From an uncultured Verrucomicrobiae bacterium (GTDB taxonomy: Bacteria; Chlamydiota; Chlamydiia; Chlamydiales; Rhabdochlamydiaceae): a stretch of 64,000 nt of DNA. The position numbers were made by a program, and so were the translations under genes. Positions within the stretch are counted from its first letter, which is position 1; each line of letters opens with the position of its first letter. The DNA is taken from contig OY970364.1 of the NCBI GenBank assembly GCA_963718565.1, positions 448,001-512,000 of the forward strand, written 5' to 3'. Of this stretch, positions 10,403 through 20,212 are shown in pieces. Below the pieces are notes generated by a model. It made no database searches, was not told where the DNA came from, and saw only the letters and a list, made by a program, of their open reading frames with translations.

Positions 10403-11158
10403 ATGATTACATTACAAGATCTTTTTCAATATCTCCAGCAGCTTCTTTCACCTGCGGATTTTTCTGATTATTGTCCCAATGGTATTCAAGTGGAAGGCAA
10501 GCCGGAAATTCATCGGATCGCATTTGCCGTCTCAGCGAGTTTGGCGGCCATCGAAGAAGTGGTCAAAAAAGACGCAGATCTACTCATCGTACATCATGGG
10601 ATCTTCTGGAATAAAGATCCGTATGTTATTACGGGGACAAAAAAGCAAAAATTAGTGCATTTGTTAAAAGGAGGAGTTTCTCTCATTGCTTATCATCTAC
10701 CTCTCGATGCTCACCCACAAATCGGCAACAACTGGAAAGCGGCTTTTGACCTCGGTCTGGAAGATTTAAATCCTTTTTATCCGATGGGAAAGTCCGCACT
10801 CGGAGTCAAAGGAAAGATGGCCCCAATCTCTGTCGAAGCTTTCCAAAAAAAACTTGAAGCCTACTATGGACATCCAGCCCACATTGCGTTGGGTGGAAAA
10901 AAAGAAGTGAGCAGTGCTGCTATTATTTCCGGAGGTGCTCACCGCTATATCGACCAAGCTGCGGATGAAAAAGTGGATTGTTACATTACAGGCAGTTTTG
11001 ACGAGCCGACTTGGGATATCGCACATGAGCGCAACATCAATTTCTTTGCGCTTGGACATTATTCGACCGAAAGAGTGGGGATCTTCGCTCTAATGGCGCA
11101 TTTGCATAAGCAGTTCCATATTCCGTGTGAATTTATCGACTTGCACAATCCATTTTGA
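10403..11158 (+). CDS. Nif3-like dinuclear metal-centre hexameric protein (YbgI family)
   Basis: DYCPNGIQVEG, VHHG, YHLPLDAH, GHYSTE; likely start MITLQDL at 10403. Confidence 0.92.
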   Translation: MITLQDLFQYLQQLLSPADFSDYCPNGIQVEGKPEIHRIAFAVSASLAAIEEVVKKDADLLIVHHGIFWNKDPYVITGTKKQKLVHLLKGGVSLIAYHLPLDAHPQIGNNWKAAFDLGLEDLNPFYPMGKSALGVKGKMAPISVEAFQKKLEAYYGHPAHIALGGKKEVSSAAIISGGAHRYIDQAADEKVDCYITGSFDEPTWDIAHERNINFFALGHYSTERVGIFALMAHLHKQFHIPCEFIDLHNPF

Positions 11159-11230
11159 GGATTGAATTTAATTCTTTACACAAATATGATGCAACACTGG
11201 GATTCCAGTGCCCGCATTAGGAGAATATGA

Positions 11231-11587
11231 ATGGTCCCATCCAGTGAAAAAGAGAAAAAAAAGTTGATTGCGGAAGAAAGTCCGAAAACGCGCAAGGCTA
11301 GAGAAAAATTAAAGAGACAGCTCGATGCTTTTGAGAAAAAAATCACGCCACAAGCTCTGGAAAAAAAAGCGATTGAAATTCAGCGATGGATTGCCCGCCA
11401 TGCATCGAATCGCGTTGCTCTTAAAAGTAAAAGCATCTCCCTTTTTGATGAAAATCAAAATGCTGCCGGTTTAAGTCAGCGGGTCGGCCAATTAGCAGAT
11501 CAAATCAAAAAAGAATTTCATCTTGCATCTGAAGATGAAGGGCAAGAAAAGATGTCCAAGCTCAAAAAACTCATCTCACAAAGCTGA
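11231..11587 (+). CDS. Hypothetical charged helical protein
   Basis: 118-aa K/E-rich ORF with AGGAG RBS. Confidence 0.65.
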   Translation: MVPSSEKEKKKLIAEESPKTRKAREKLKRQLDAFEKKITPQALEKKAIEIQRWIARHASNRVALKSKSISLFDENQNAAGLSQRVGQLADQIKKEFHLASEDEGQEKMSKLKKLISQS

Positions 11588-11685
11588 TATCTCGACTTTG
11601 TACAATGTTGTGATCGACGAGCATTAGCGAGTGGAAGTCTGAACTCCAGGTTTCTCTCACTTTTTAGCTAAATAGCTGAGAGTAA

Positions 11686-11717
11686 AGGTGATAGAGAAAC
11701 TTGTTTCTCTATCACCT
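11686..11717. repeat. 15-bp perfect inverted repeat within a structured intergenic region
   Basis: AGGTGATAGAGAAAC-TT-GTTTCTCTATCACCT. Confidence 0.85.
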
Positions 11718-11925
11718 GGGTAATCTGATGCATCTCCTAAGAGCCTAATGCACAGTTACTTACATATTGCTAATATTTTCTAGTTATAACAAATAATTAT
11801 ATGTTATAATTATGGTTAATGGGAATTATAAAGTGTTGTTTTATTAGAGTAAATTTTTTGTTTGAAATCCCATCAATTTATATAGCTAAAATTAATATTA
11901 TTTTAAATTAAATAATAGCGGTATT

Positions 11926-13791
11926 ATGTCTACTACTAAAACATGCAATACCTTTCCTAGCCAAGCTTCGCTTGACGTAAATGTAACAGAAGACGGAAGT
12001 GGAGGACTTTTGATCAAGTATGGAGGCATCACAAAAGCCTATCAATTTTCTCTCAAAGTCTATCAACATCCTTGTTTGGACGGGGATGGTGAAGTAAAGA
12101 CATTGCAATCAGACGCAGTTCAACAAATTGTGAAAAAAATTACTTTCGTTGCCTTAGGGAAGATCAAAAATCAATGCATTGTAGACGCAAACATTACTTT
12201 AAACAGCGCAAGCATAAAAGACCTTACAGAAGAAATACAAATTTTACGACAGAACGAGAAAATTGGTATTGATGGCTATGTCAACTATCAAGAATTTACT
12301 ACCGCCGCAGGCGCATTGGATAGAGAAATTAAGAGAGCGGATTTTAAGGCTCCTTGTCCCTTAAATGAACTGAGGGAGGAGCAAGTCCCAACTCCTCAAA
12401 ATCTCGTTGAGCTCAGATCAAATTTATTACCAAAGCAAAGTAACATAGAACCGACTGAGCAGGACTTATCTTTACAAGAAAACAAGGATTCAATACAACC
12501 CACCCCTCAAAAAACTTATGCGGACCTATCTCCTTCCTTATATGAACCGATAACAGTAGTAACTGATCTAGGTTTATCTTCACCAGCCACCACAAATCAG
12601 CCGACTTATGCAGCAAAACCTTTCTCATCCGAGCCTCAGATTAAGACAACCGCGTTAAAACCTTTAGAAACAGTTACACCGCAAACAGTTACACTGCAAA
12701 TAGTTCCTGGGAAGACTGACACTGCATACCAGGACTCTCCGATGAAAAATTTCAAATCAGTTCTTGATCCTGTTATAGAGAACAGCAACAACACACAGGC
12801 ACTAAATGAGCCACAAGTGATACTCAATGTCAACAATCCGATTATAGCTGTAAAACTACCGCCTGACTTAGAAAATGTTCCATCATTCCGCGAACTAATA
12901 GAGAACAGCAAGCTGTTGACATCAGAGGAGCTAGAAATAATATTCAATGTCAACAATCAGATGAAACCGAAAGAGCTGGCAGACATATTATCCAATTTAA
13001 TGGTGTGCAGAATATCAAATAAAGTTGAAACCGCCTCCATGAAAAAACTAGATGATGAAATTTCGGCTTTAGAAAAAGGGCTTGAAGATTTAAAAGAAGA
13101 AATAGTAAAGCAACAAAAAACGTCAGAGATAAGTCAAAAGGAAATAAATCGTGGGTTTTGTAATACAACCTCAACAGAGATCAAAAAAGCTAATGATCAA
13201 AAGGAAAAAGAAGTCTCAAATGCGTTGGAAAATCTAAAAAAATCTTTAGCAGGTGAAGCTCTTGACATCAAGTGCAAGAAAAAGTCTGAGAAGAACCAAG
13301 ATGATGTCTTTGAGAATAAAACCCTGAGGAATATATTCGAAGATCAAAGGTTGCGAAGAATGCAATCCGCTGATTATGTGTCATCGTTTCTTGGAGCTGT
13401 TTTTTGCACTGACAAAATAGCAAATAGATGGCGTGAGTTGCAGGATGGAACCGGTGAAATTTTATTACAAGAAGATTGCGAATGCTTCACTATCTTTAAG
13501 GCAGAAGCGCGTGAATTTTTGAATGAATATCTAGGAGCACTTCAGGAGGTATTAGACAACAAGCCTTATGCATTGAATGGTGAACAGTCGAATATTGAGG
13601 AAAGGCCGCATTTGAATAAGATAGTAGGAGAATATAAGAAAGTCATAGAGAACCCTCAGAACTCCGAGAATCTCGGGAATCAGTATCCTTTAGTAGCTGG
13701 GATAGTCAATAGAAATGGTGGCGAACCCTACTTTAGAACGAAAGCAAAGGAAAAAAATAAGAAAGAATCAATATTGGGGAAATTTCTCTAA
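11926..13791 (+). CDS. Orphan 621-aa protein, T/P/Q-rich linker plus coiled coil (effector candidate)
   Basis: Long AT-rich ORF, no signal peptide, no recognised domain. Confidence 0.75.
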   Translation: MSTTKTCNTFPSQASLDVNVTEDGSGGLLIKYGGITKAYQFSLKVYQHPCLDGDGEVKTLQSDAVQQIVKKITFVALGKIKNQCIVDANITLNSASIKDLTEEIQILRQNEKIGIDGYVNYQEFTTAAGALDREIKRADFKAPCPLNELREEQVPTPQNLVELRSNLLPKQSNIEPTEQDLSLQENKDSIQPTPQKTYADLSPSLYEPITVVTDLGLSSPATTNQPTYAAKPFSSEPQIKTTALKPLETVTPQTVTLQIVPGKTDTAYQDSPMKNFKSVLDPVIENSNNTQALNEPQVILNVNNPIIAVKLPPDLENVPSFRELIENSKLLTSEELEIIFNVNNQMKPKELADILSNLMVCRISNKVETASMKKLDDEISALEKGLEDLKEEIVKQQKTSEISQKEINRGFCNTTSTEIKKANDQKEKEVSNALENLKKSLAGEALDIKCKKKSEKNQDDVFENKTLRNIFEDQRLRRMQSADYVSSFLGAVFCTDKIANRWRELQDGTGEILLQEDCECFTIFKAEAREFLNEYLGALQEVLDNKPYALNGEQSNIEERPHLNKIVGEYKKVIENPQNSENLGNQYPLVAGIVNRNGGEPYFRTKAKEKNKKESILGKFL

Positions 13792-13855
13792 CTTGATATT
13801 TGCCTAATTTCCTTGTAGTCCCTAGAATTATCCCTTTTGGATTGCAACGGTATCT

Positions 13856-15133
13856 ATGTCAAACGTCATCGAATGCTTAAAAGAACGTGGGCTTGTGGAT
13901 GCCATCACAAGCGAAGAATTGATTAAATGTGTGGATTCTCCAATTAGGCTTTATTGTGGATTCGATCCGACGGCAGATAGTTTGCATATCGGGAATTTGG
14001 TCGGCATCATCGTTTTAAAGTGGTTTCAAAAATTTGGACATACTCCAGTGATCGTTCTTGGTGGAGCAACGGGGCGCATTGGAGATCCTTCAGGAAAGAG
14101 TGTCGAGCGTCCTTTGTTAGAAGCATCGACGATTGCCTTCAATGTGACACGCATCCGTCGCCATTTTGAGGCAATCCTCGATTTTTTTCATTCTAAGGCC
14201 CGACCGATGATTTTCAATAATGATGAGTGGTTCGCTGCCTATCCTTTAATCGATTTTTTAAGAGATGTCGGAAAGCATTTTCGACTGGGTACGATGCTCT
14301 CCAAAGAAAGTGTACGAAGCAGGCTCAATTCCGAAGAGGGGATGAGTTTCACTGAATTCAGCTATCAACTTTTGCAGGCGTATGATTTTTTCCATCTGTA
14401 TACGCATAATAATGTCGTTCTGCAAATTGGCGGCAGCGATCAATGGGGCAATATTACAGAAGGTACCGACCTTATCCGCAAACTCACTGGAGGTGAGCAA
14501 GCATTTGGGTTGACATTCCCTTTGTTGACTCGCAGTGACGGAAAAAAATTCGGAAAGACGGAAGCAGGTGCTGTCTGGCTGGCTTCAGAGCGCTGCTCGC
14601 CCTATGAATTCTATCAGTATTTCGTCCGGATTCCAGATGCCGATGTCATTAAAATGATGCGCATGTTGACTTTCATAGATCTCAAAGAAATCCGTGAATA
14701 TGAAATGGAGATGAATGAGCAGCGCTACATCCCGAATACGGCCCAAAAACGGCTTGCTGAAGAGATGACTCGCTTGGTCCATGGTGAAGAAGGGCTTGCT
14801 AAAGCTTTGAAAGTTACAGAAAGTGCAGCGCCTGGATCGGATGCAGAATTGAATGTGGAATCTTTCAGAGAAATTGCTAAAGACATGCCAAGCAAAGAAG
14901 TGTCGATTGTCGATATTATTGGCCAAAAATATACCGAATTAGCAGTTAAAGTGGGGCTGTTGCCTAGTAAAAGCGAGGCTGTTCGCTTAATTCAAAATGG
15001 GGGAGCCTATCTCAATAATCAACGCATTGATGACCCCAATTTTCGCTTATCAGAACAATCCTTGGTTGGAGGGGAATTTCTTCTATTGGGCTCAGGGAGG
15101 AAGAAAAAAATTTTAGTAAAAGTCCACAAATAA
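13856..15133 (+). CDS. tyrS: Tyrosine-tRNA ligase
   Basis: GFDPTADSLHIGN, QIGGSDQWGNI, KFGKT, C-terminal S4 domain. Confidence 0.98.
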   Translation: MSNVIECLKERGLVDAITSEELIKCVDSPIRLYCGFDPTADSLHIGNLVGIIVLKWFQKFGHTPVIVLGGATGRIGDPSGKSVERPLLEASTIAFNVTRIRRHFEAILDFFHSKARPMIFNNDEWFAAYPLIDFLRDVGKHFRLGTMLSKESVRSRLNSEEGMSFTEFSYQLLQAYDFFHLYTHNNVVLQIGGSDQWGNITEGTDLIRKLTGGEQAFGLTFPLLTRSDGKKFGKTEAGAVWLASERCSPYEFYQYFVRIPDADVIKMMRMLTFIDLKEIREYEMEMNEQRYIPNTAQKRLAEEMTRLVHGEEGLAKALKVTESAAPGSDAELNVESFREIAKDMPSKEVSIVDIIGQKYTELAVKVGLLPSKSEAVRLIQNGGAYLNNQRIDDPNFRLSEQSLVGGEFLLLGSGRKKKILVKVHK

Positions 15134-15388
15134 GTCCGCTTGAACATTTAGGAAGCAATCCGTGCGCGGCGTATGCCCGTGTTAATTTTTTTGTAAAAAC
15201 CACTTGCCTGAAAATCAATGTGATACAACAATGTGCAAGTAAAAGGACATAGGTGTCCTTCCTGCCTTTACAGGGTTACCGTACAGAAAGTATTGGGTTA
15301 TACTGCGCTCGTGAACCCGATTACGGACGGCGCCAAAGTATAGGAATGTGAATCGGTGGGAAGAGTTTAAACAAGGAGTCAAAAAAAT

Positions 15389-15718
15389 ATGGCGACAATC
15401 ACTAAAAAGAAATTAATTCAAGTGATTTCCCAAAATCGAGGTGTCCATCCTAATGATGTTCGCAATGTGATACAATCTTTTTTAGATGCGATGACGGAGT
15501 ATCTCTCTAAAGGAGACCGTTTAGAATTCCGAGATTTTGGCGTCTTTGAGATCGTGGAGAGAAAGCAAAAGATAGGACGCAATCCAAAAAATGCCGCGGT
15601 TCCTATCATCATCCCAGCCCGCTTAGCTGTCAAATTTACTCCAGGCAAAAAAATGCGAAAGCTGATCGAGAAAGAGCGTAAGAACGCCTCTGGAGGCGGA
15701 GCGTCCAAGTCGGCCTGA
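15389..15718 (+). CDS. ihfA: Integration host factor / HU-family DNA-binding protein
   Basis: RLEFRDFGVF, GRNPK, KFTPGK; AGGAG RBS. Confidence 0.9.
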   Translation: MATITKKKLIQVISQNRGVHPNDVRNVIQSFLDAMTEYLSKGDRLEFRDFGVFEIVERKQKIGRNPKNAAVPIIIPARLAVKFTPGKKMRKLIEKERKNASGGGASKSA

Positions 15719-15928
15719 TGTTATTTTTGACTCACTTTCGGTATAATTAAAAGGAGGTTTATTGCCTCCTTTTGTTATTTATAGTTTATTTAATTGATTT
15801 TTATTCTGTTATATTGATAATTGTTGTTAATTTTTTTGAATTTTTGGAAATATACCGAAATGAATTCAAGATCAAGGAATCCCTTCCTAAAAAGGGGGAA
15901 GATATTTATAATTTCGAACATCTTGACT

Positions 15929-16102
15929 TATACCCAAACAACCTGAAAAATTGGGAATTTGGCAAGAAGGCGCCCTGGATTTGGGCCAGGAGAAGCCGGC
16001 GCGGAAGCAGCACAACTTGAATAAGTTGTGCGATGGACGCGGGCTCAAAGGCAGTGGCTGCCGACGCGGTCAAAAACCAATTTTTCAAGTTGTTTGAGTA
16101 TA
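15929..16102. mobile_element. Family C ERIC-like element, 174 bp
   Basis: TIRs TATACCCAAACAAC.TGAAAAATTGG / CCAATTTTTCAAGTTGTTTGAGTATA; second copy inverted at 51382-51555. Confidence 0.9.
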
Positions 16103-16119
16103 CATTAAGAGGTCGCAAT

Positions 16120-17190
16120 TTGTCAGCTCCTAAATGGATATTGATTGGTACGGTTTCTCTTTTTTCGGTCATTGGCATTGCGGCGGTTGTGAAGAAGGGG
16201 ACTAAAAAGCCAACTCTTGTATCAGCAGCATCTGCAAAAGAAACGCTGGTCGCAGAAACCCCTGTCGTTTCGGTGCCTGCTACTCCTAAAGTCGTAGCAG
16301 TCAAAACAAATCTTTCCAAGGAAGAAAAAAAGACAAATCCTTCTCCAGTGCCGCCGGCCCTGGCGGTCACTACAACTGCAACACATCCCACTGCTTCAGT
16401 TAAAGACGATTTTCCAACAATCGATCGAATTTTTCAGCTTTTTACTACAGGTTCTTCCAAGTTACCGATTGTTGAAACAGTCCATTATGCGAGCAGCGTC
16501 CCCTGGTTAAAAGGACGTCCGGCTTGGATTGCCGACTATGCGACGCATTACAATACTTCACGCCATTTTATTGCCCGTAGCTTGAATGGCAAGCCTGATT
16601 ATTTTTCTCAAAAAGTTGTTGAAGGGAGCAAATTTAACGTCTTCCGTAAAGATAAAAAAATAAATTTTTGCCTCTTGGTGGATGTTTCGCGATGTAAAAT
16701 GGGTTTTTACTACATCGACTTAGACACCAATGAACGCGTCTTATTAAAGACCTATCGTGTCGGATTAGGACGGATCGATGCGACAAAGCCTTCGGGAACA
16801 CTGACCCCTTTAGGTCGCTATTCGCTCGGATCACGTGTCGCCATTTATAAGCCGGGATTGATGGGATATCATCAGGATCAAAAAAAGGAGATGATCCAGA
16901 TTTTTGGAACGCGCTGGATTCCTTTGGATCAGGAGTTGGAGCGCACGACAGTCCCTGCAAAAGGATATGGTCTCCAAGGAGCTCCGTGGACCGTTGGTGC
17001 TGAAGGGCAAATAGTGGAGAATCGGGGGACGATTGACGCCTATGATAGTGATGGGTGCATTCGTTTAAATTCTGAAGATATCGAGGAGCTTTTTGCCATT
17101 GTGCTGACAAAGCCTACTTTTATTGAAATTGTTAAAGACTTCCACGAAGCTAAACTCCCAGGAGTGGAAGTGGCAGCGCCGTCGCGCTGA
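16120..17190 (+). CDS. L,D-transpeptidase (YkuD-like) family protein with N-terminal membrane anchor
   Basis: TPLGRY, FGTRWIP, SDGCIRL; likely native TTG start at 16120 after AAGAGG. The 16033 start lies inside the repeat element. Confidence 0.75.
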   Translation: MSAPKWILIGTVSLFSVIGIAAVVKKGTKKPTLVSAASAKETLVAETPVVSVPATPKVVAVKTNLSKEEKKTNPSPVPPALAVTTTATHPTASVKDDFPTIDRIFQLFTTGSSKLPIVETVHYASSVPWLKGRPAWIADYATHYNTSRHFIARSLNGKPDYFSQKVVEGSKFNVFRKDKKINFCLLVDVSRCKMGFYYIDLDTNERVLLKTYRVGLGRIDATKPSGTLTPLGRYSLGSRVAIYKPGLMGYHQDQKKEMIQIFGTRWIPLDQELERTTVPAKGYGLQGAPWTVGAEGQIVENRGTIDAYDSDGCIRLNSEDIEELFAIVLTKPTFIEIVKDFHEAKLPGVEVAAPSR

Positions 17191-17197
17191 GAAAATA

Positions 17198-17244
17198 GAG
17201 GGAATTGCAAAACTCCTCGCCGCGAGGAGTTTTGCAGTTCCCTC
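17198..17244. mobile_element. Family A minimal element (two TIRs, 1-nt spacer), 47 bp
   Basis: GAGGGAATTGCAAAACTCCTCGC-C-GCGAGGAGTTTTGCAGTTCCCTC; flanks AATA/AACA. Confidence 0.9.
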
Positions 17245-17263
17245 AACATATAAGGAATGAGAT

Positions 17264-18226
17264 ATGAGTGTACTTGCTCATGAGAAGCAAATTCTAGAGT
17301 ACGAGAAAACAATCTCCCAGCTCAAAGAGCAAAATAAAGGCAATGCTCTTTGGTCAGAGGAGGAAATTGTCAAACTGGAAGCTAAATTGCAGCAGCTCCG
17401 AAGCAAAGTCTATTCTCAGCTCACTCCTTGGGAAAGAGTTGCGATTTGCCGTCATCCTAGCCGCCCAAAGTCGATTGATTACATCCGCAACATGTGCGAA
17501 GAGTTTACTGAACTGTGTGGCGATCGTCTTTTCCGCGATGACCGCGCAGTTGTTTGCGGACTTGCAAAGATTGATGGCGTAAAATTTATGGTCATTGCAC
17601 AGGAAAAGGGTTGCGACACTCAAAGCCGTCTCGAGCGTAATTTTGGGATGCTGCATCCTGAAGGGTACCGCAAAGCGATGCGCTGCATGCGCCTTGCCGC
17701 CAAATTCAAACTGCCAGTCCTTTCTCTCATCGATACCCCAGGCGCCCATCCTGGCCTCTCAGCGGAAGAGCGCGGCCAAGGCAGCGCGATTGCACAAAAC
17801 CTTTGGGAGATGTCCCGTTTACCCACTCCAATTATTGTCGTTCTCATTGGAGAGGGCTGTTCTGGCGGAGCTTTAGGCATAGGAGTTGGCGATGTCGTTG
17901 CGATGCTCGAACATTCTTACTATGCAGTCATTGCGCCAGAAAGTTGTGCATCGATCATTTGGCGCGATAATAATAAAAAAGAGCTTGCTGCTCAATCTCT
18001 TAAGATGCATGCTGAAGATCTTTTAAAACTCGATGTTGTCGATGCCATGATCGATGAACCACTGGGAGGCGCCCATCACGATCCTGCCCAGGTTTATCGC
18101 AATGTAAAAAAATATATCATCGATCAATGGAATATTTTAAAAACTGTTCCTTCGGAATACTTGATCGAACAACGCTACCAAAAATTTCGCCGAATCGGTA
18201 AATTTGCCGTAGAAGAGCAGCCTTAA
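17264..18226 (+). CDS. accA: Acetyl-CoA carboxylase carboxyltransferase alpha
   Basis: [37 protein letters not shown]. Confidence 0.98.
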   Translation: MSVLAHEKQILEYEKTISQLKEQNKGNALWSEEEIVKLEAKLQQLRSKVYSQLTPWERVAICRHPSRPKSIDYIRNMCEEFTELCGDRLFRDDRAVVCGLAKIDGVKFMVIAQEKGCDTQSRLERNFGMLHPEGYRKAMRCMRLAAKFKLPVLSLIDTPGAHPGLSAEERGQGSAIAQNLWEMSRLPTPIIVVLIGEGCSGGALGIGVGDVVAMLEHSYYAVIAPESCASIIWRDNNKKELAAQSLKMHAEDLLKLDVVDAMIDEPLGGAHHDPAQVYRNVKKYIIDQWNILKTVPSEYLIEQRYQKFRRIGKFAVEEQP

Positions 18227-18238
18227 TCGAATAAACTG

Positions 18239-20212
18239 ATGAAATTACTTCTCAAAGCAGCATTACGTAGTCGCAAGCATTTATCTCTACTGGTCATCAC
18301 ATTTGTAACTCTCCTATGTTTAACATTAGCAAGTCAAATGGAGATGTTCGCCCTGGGTGTCCTGTCTAACAACGGTGCGGATTTTTTTGCTCTTTTTTCA
18401 ACAGAACAGACAGTGAATGCTCCTAAGGATTCTGTTTCTTTGCGTACGGTGGAAGCAAAATGGCACGAGATTGATAGCGGTGGGACAGGGGTCATCACCA
18501 AGCAGCAAGCAGCTACCTACATGACTGCCAAAGAGACGAATCCACTCAATTGGCTTTTGCGAGAATTTCAACAGCATTTTCAATGTGCCAGCAACATCAA
18601 CGCTTTGGTCATTATTCTGGTGTGTGTGGCTGTCTTTAAGGCCATCTGGTTGTTTGCCAGCCGTTATACGACTCAGATTCTCTCGATCCGTGTCAGCCGC
18701 GACTTAAGACAGCAGTATTTTGAGCACATCCAATCGCTTCCGATGAGCTTTTATCAGAAACATAACATTGGAAGTCTCTCCTCGCGTGTTGTCGGCGATG
18801 CAGGTCAGATTGCGACATCCATCAATTCCTGGCTGACAAATTATCTTCAGACCCCTTTTACGATTGTGACATGCCTTTCCATGTGCTTCTATCTTTCCTG
18901 GCAGCTTTCTCTGGTGATTTTTTTTGGTGTACCGCTGATTGTTATCCCGATTGTCTTTTTGGCACGCCGGGTCAAACGCGTCTCCCGCCAGCTCCAAACA
19001 AACCAAGAACGTTTTGCCAACGTGTTGATCGATTTTCTCGCCGGTATACAGACAGTAAAAATCTTTTCGATGGAAGCATTTTCTTTGAAGAAATACAAAG
19101 AGCAGAACGACCGTATGGCTGTTCTCGAAGGCAAAACGGCAAAATATGGGCTTTTGACCCGACCAATTCTTCACGCTATCACAACGCTTTGTTTGGCCTC
19201 TGTCGTTTTGTTTGGTCTGTACACGCTTGGAATGAGCCTTTCGCAACTCATTGTCTTTTGCGGCCTTCTTCAACTCGTTTATGAACCTGTTAAGAAATTC
19301 GCGGATGAAAATGCCAATATTCAACGAGGGGTTGTCGCCGCTGAAAGGATGTTTGAAGTTCTGCATTTAAAACCCAATATTGAAGACCGAAAAGGAGCTA
19401 TCGAACTTTCCGGGTTTGCCTTCAGAATTGAATTTGATCACGTCTGGTTTCGCTATCAAGGCGAATGGGTGTTGAAAGATGTCAGTTTTACGGTGGACAA
19501 AGGTGAAACAGTAGCGATCGTTGGGCCGACAGGTGCAGGCAAATCCACCATTGTTCAATTGATCCCAAGGCTTTTCGAAGTGCAGCAAGGGGAGATCCGT
19601 ATCGACGACAGGCCGCTTAGCGCATATACTCAGAAATCGTTGCGCGAACAGATCGCCTTTGTCTCGCAAAAGCCTTTCCTTTTCTTTGACACTGTTGCTG
19701 CCAACATTGCATTTGGGCGCAATTTCTCGCGGGAAAGAGTTGAGAGTGCAGCTAAGCGGGCTCATGCTGAAGAATTCATCAGTCGCCTGCCGCAAAAATT
19801 TGATTCTATGCTTGCAGAAGCAGGCCAAAATCTTTCCGGTGGGCAACAGCAGCGATTAGCGATTGCTCGAGCTCTTGTCAAAGAAGCTCCCATTTTGATT
19901 CTCGATGAGGCCACTTCCGCACTCGATTCCATTAGTGAATTGCATATCAAGCATGCGATTGCCAGTTTGCATGGCGAAGTGACACAAATCTTAATTGCGC
20001 ACCGTCTTTCGACAATTGAGCATGCTGACAAGATTATCTATTTGGACCATGGGGTCAAAATTGCGGAAGGTAATCGCGATGAGCTTCTGAAAACTTGCGA
20101 GCCGTTCCGCCGCATGTGGGAAGCTCTTTACCGTCACGATCATTATCGTCCTGATGCAGACAAGGTTTCCGATCGTTCCGTTTCTTCGGAACCAATGCCT
20201 ACTCCTAGTTAA
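18239..20212 (+). CDS. msbA: MsbA-like ABC exporter (TMD plus NBD)
   Basis: GPTGAGKS, LSGGQQQR, ILDEATS; follows accA as in other chlamydiae. Confidence 0.8.
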   Translation: MKLLLKAALRSRKHLSLLVITFVTLLCLTLASQMEMFALGVLSNNGADFFALFSTEQTVNAPKDSVSLRTVEAKWHEIDSGGTGVITKQQAATYMTAKETNPLNWLLREFQQHFQCASNINALVIILVCVAVFKAIWLFASRYTTQILSIRVSRDLRQQYFEHIQSLPMSFYQKHNIGSLSSRVVGDAGQIATSINSWLTNYLQTPFTIVTCLSMCFYLSWQLSLVIFFGVPLIVIPIVFLARRVKRVSRQLQTNQERFANVLIDFLAGIQTVKIFSMEAFSLKKYKEQNDRMAVLEGKTAKYGLLTRPILHAITTLCLASVVLFGLYTLGMSLSQLIVFCGLLQLVYEPVKKFADENANIQRGVVAAERMFEVLHLKPNIEDRKGAIELSGFAFRIEFDHVWFRYQGEWVLKDVSFTVDKGETVAIVGPTGAGKSTIVQLIPRLFEVQQGEIRIDDRPLSAYTQKSLREQIAFVSQKPFLFFDTVAANIAFGRNFSRERVESAAKRAHAEEFISRLPQKFDSMLAEAGQNLSGGQQQRLAIARALVKEAPILILDEATSALDSISELHIKHAIASLHGEVTQILIAHRLSTIEHADKIIYLDHGVKIAEGNRDELLKTCEPFRRMWEALYRHDHYRPDADKVSDRSVSSEPMPTPS

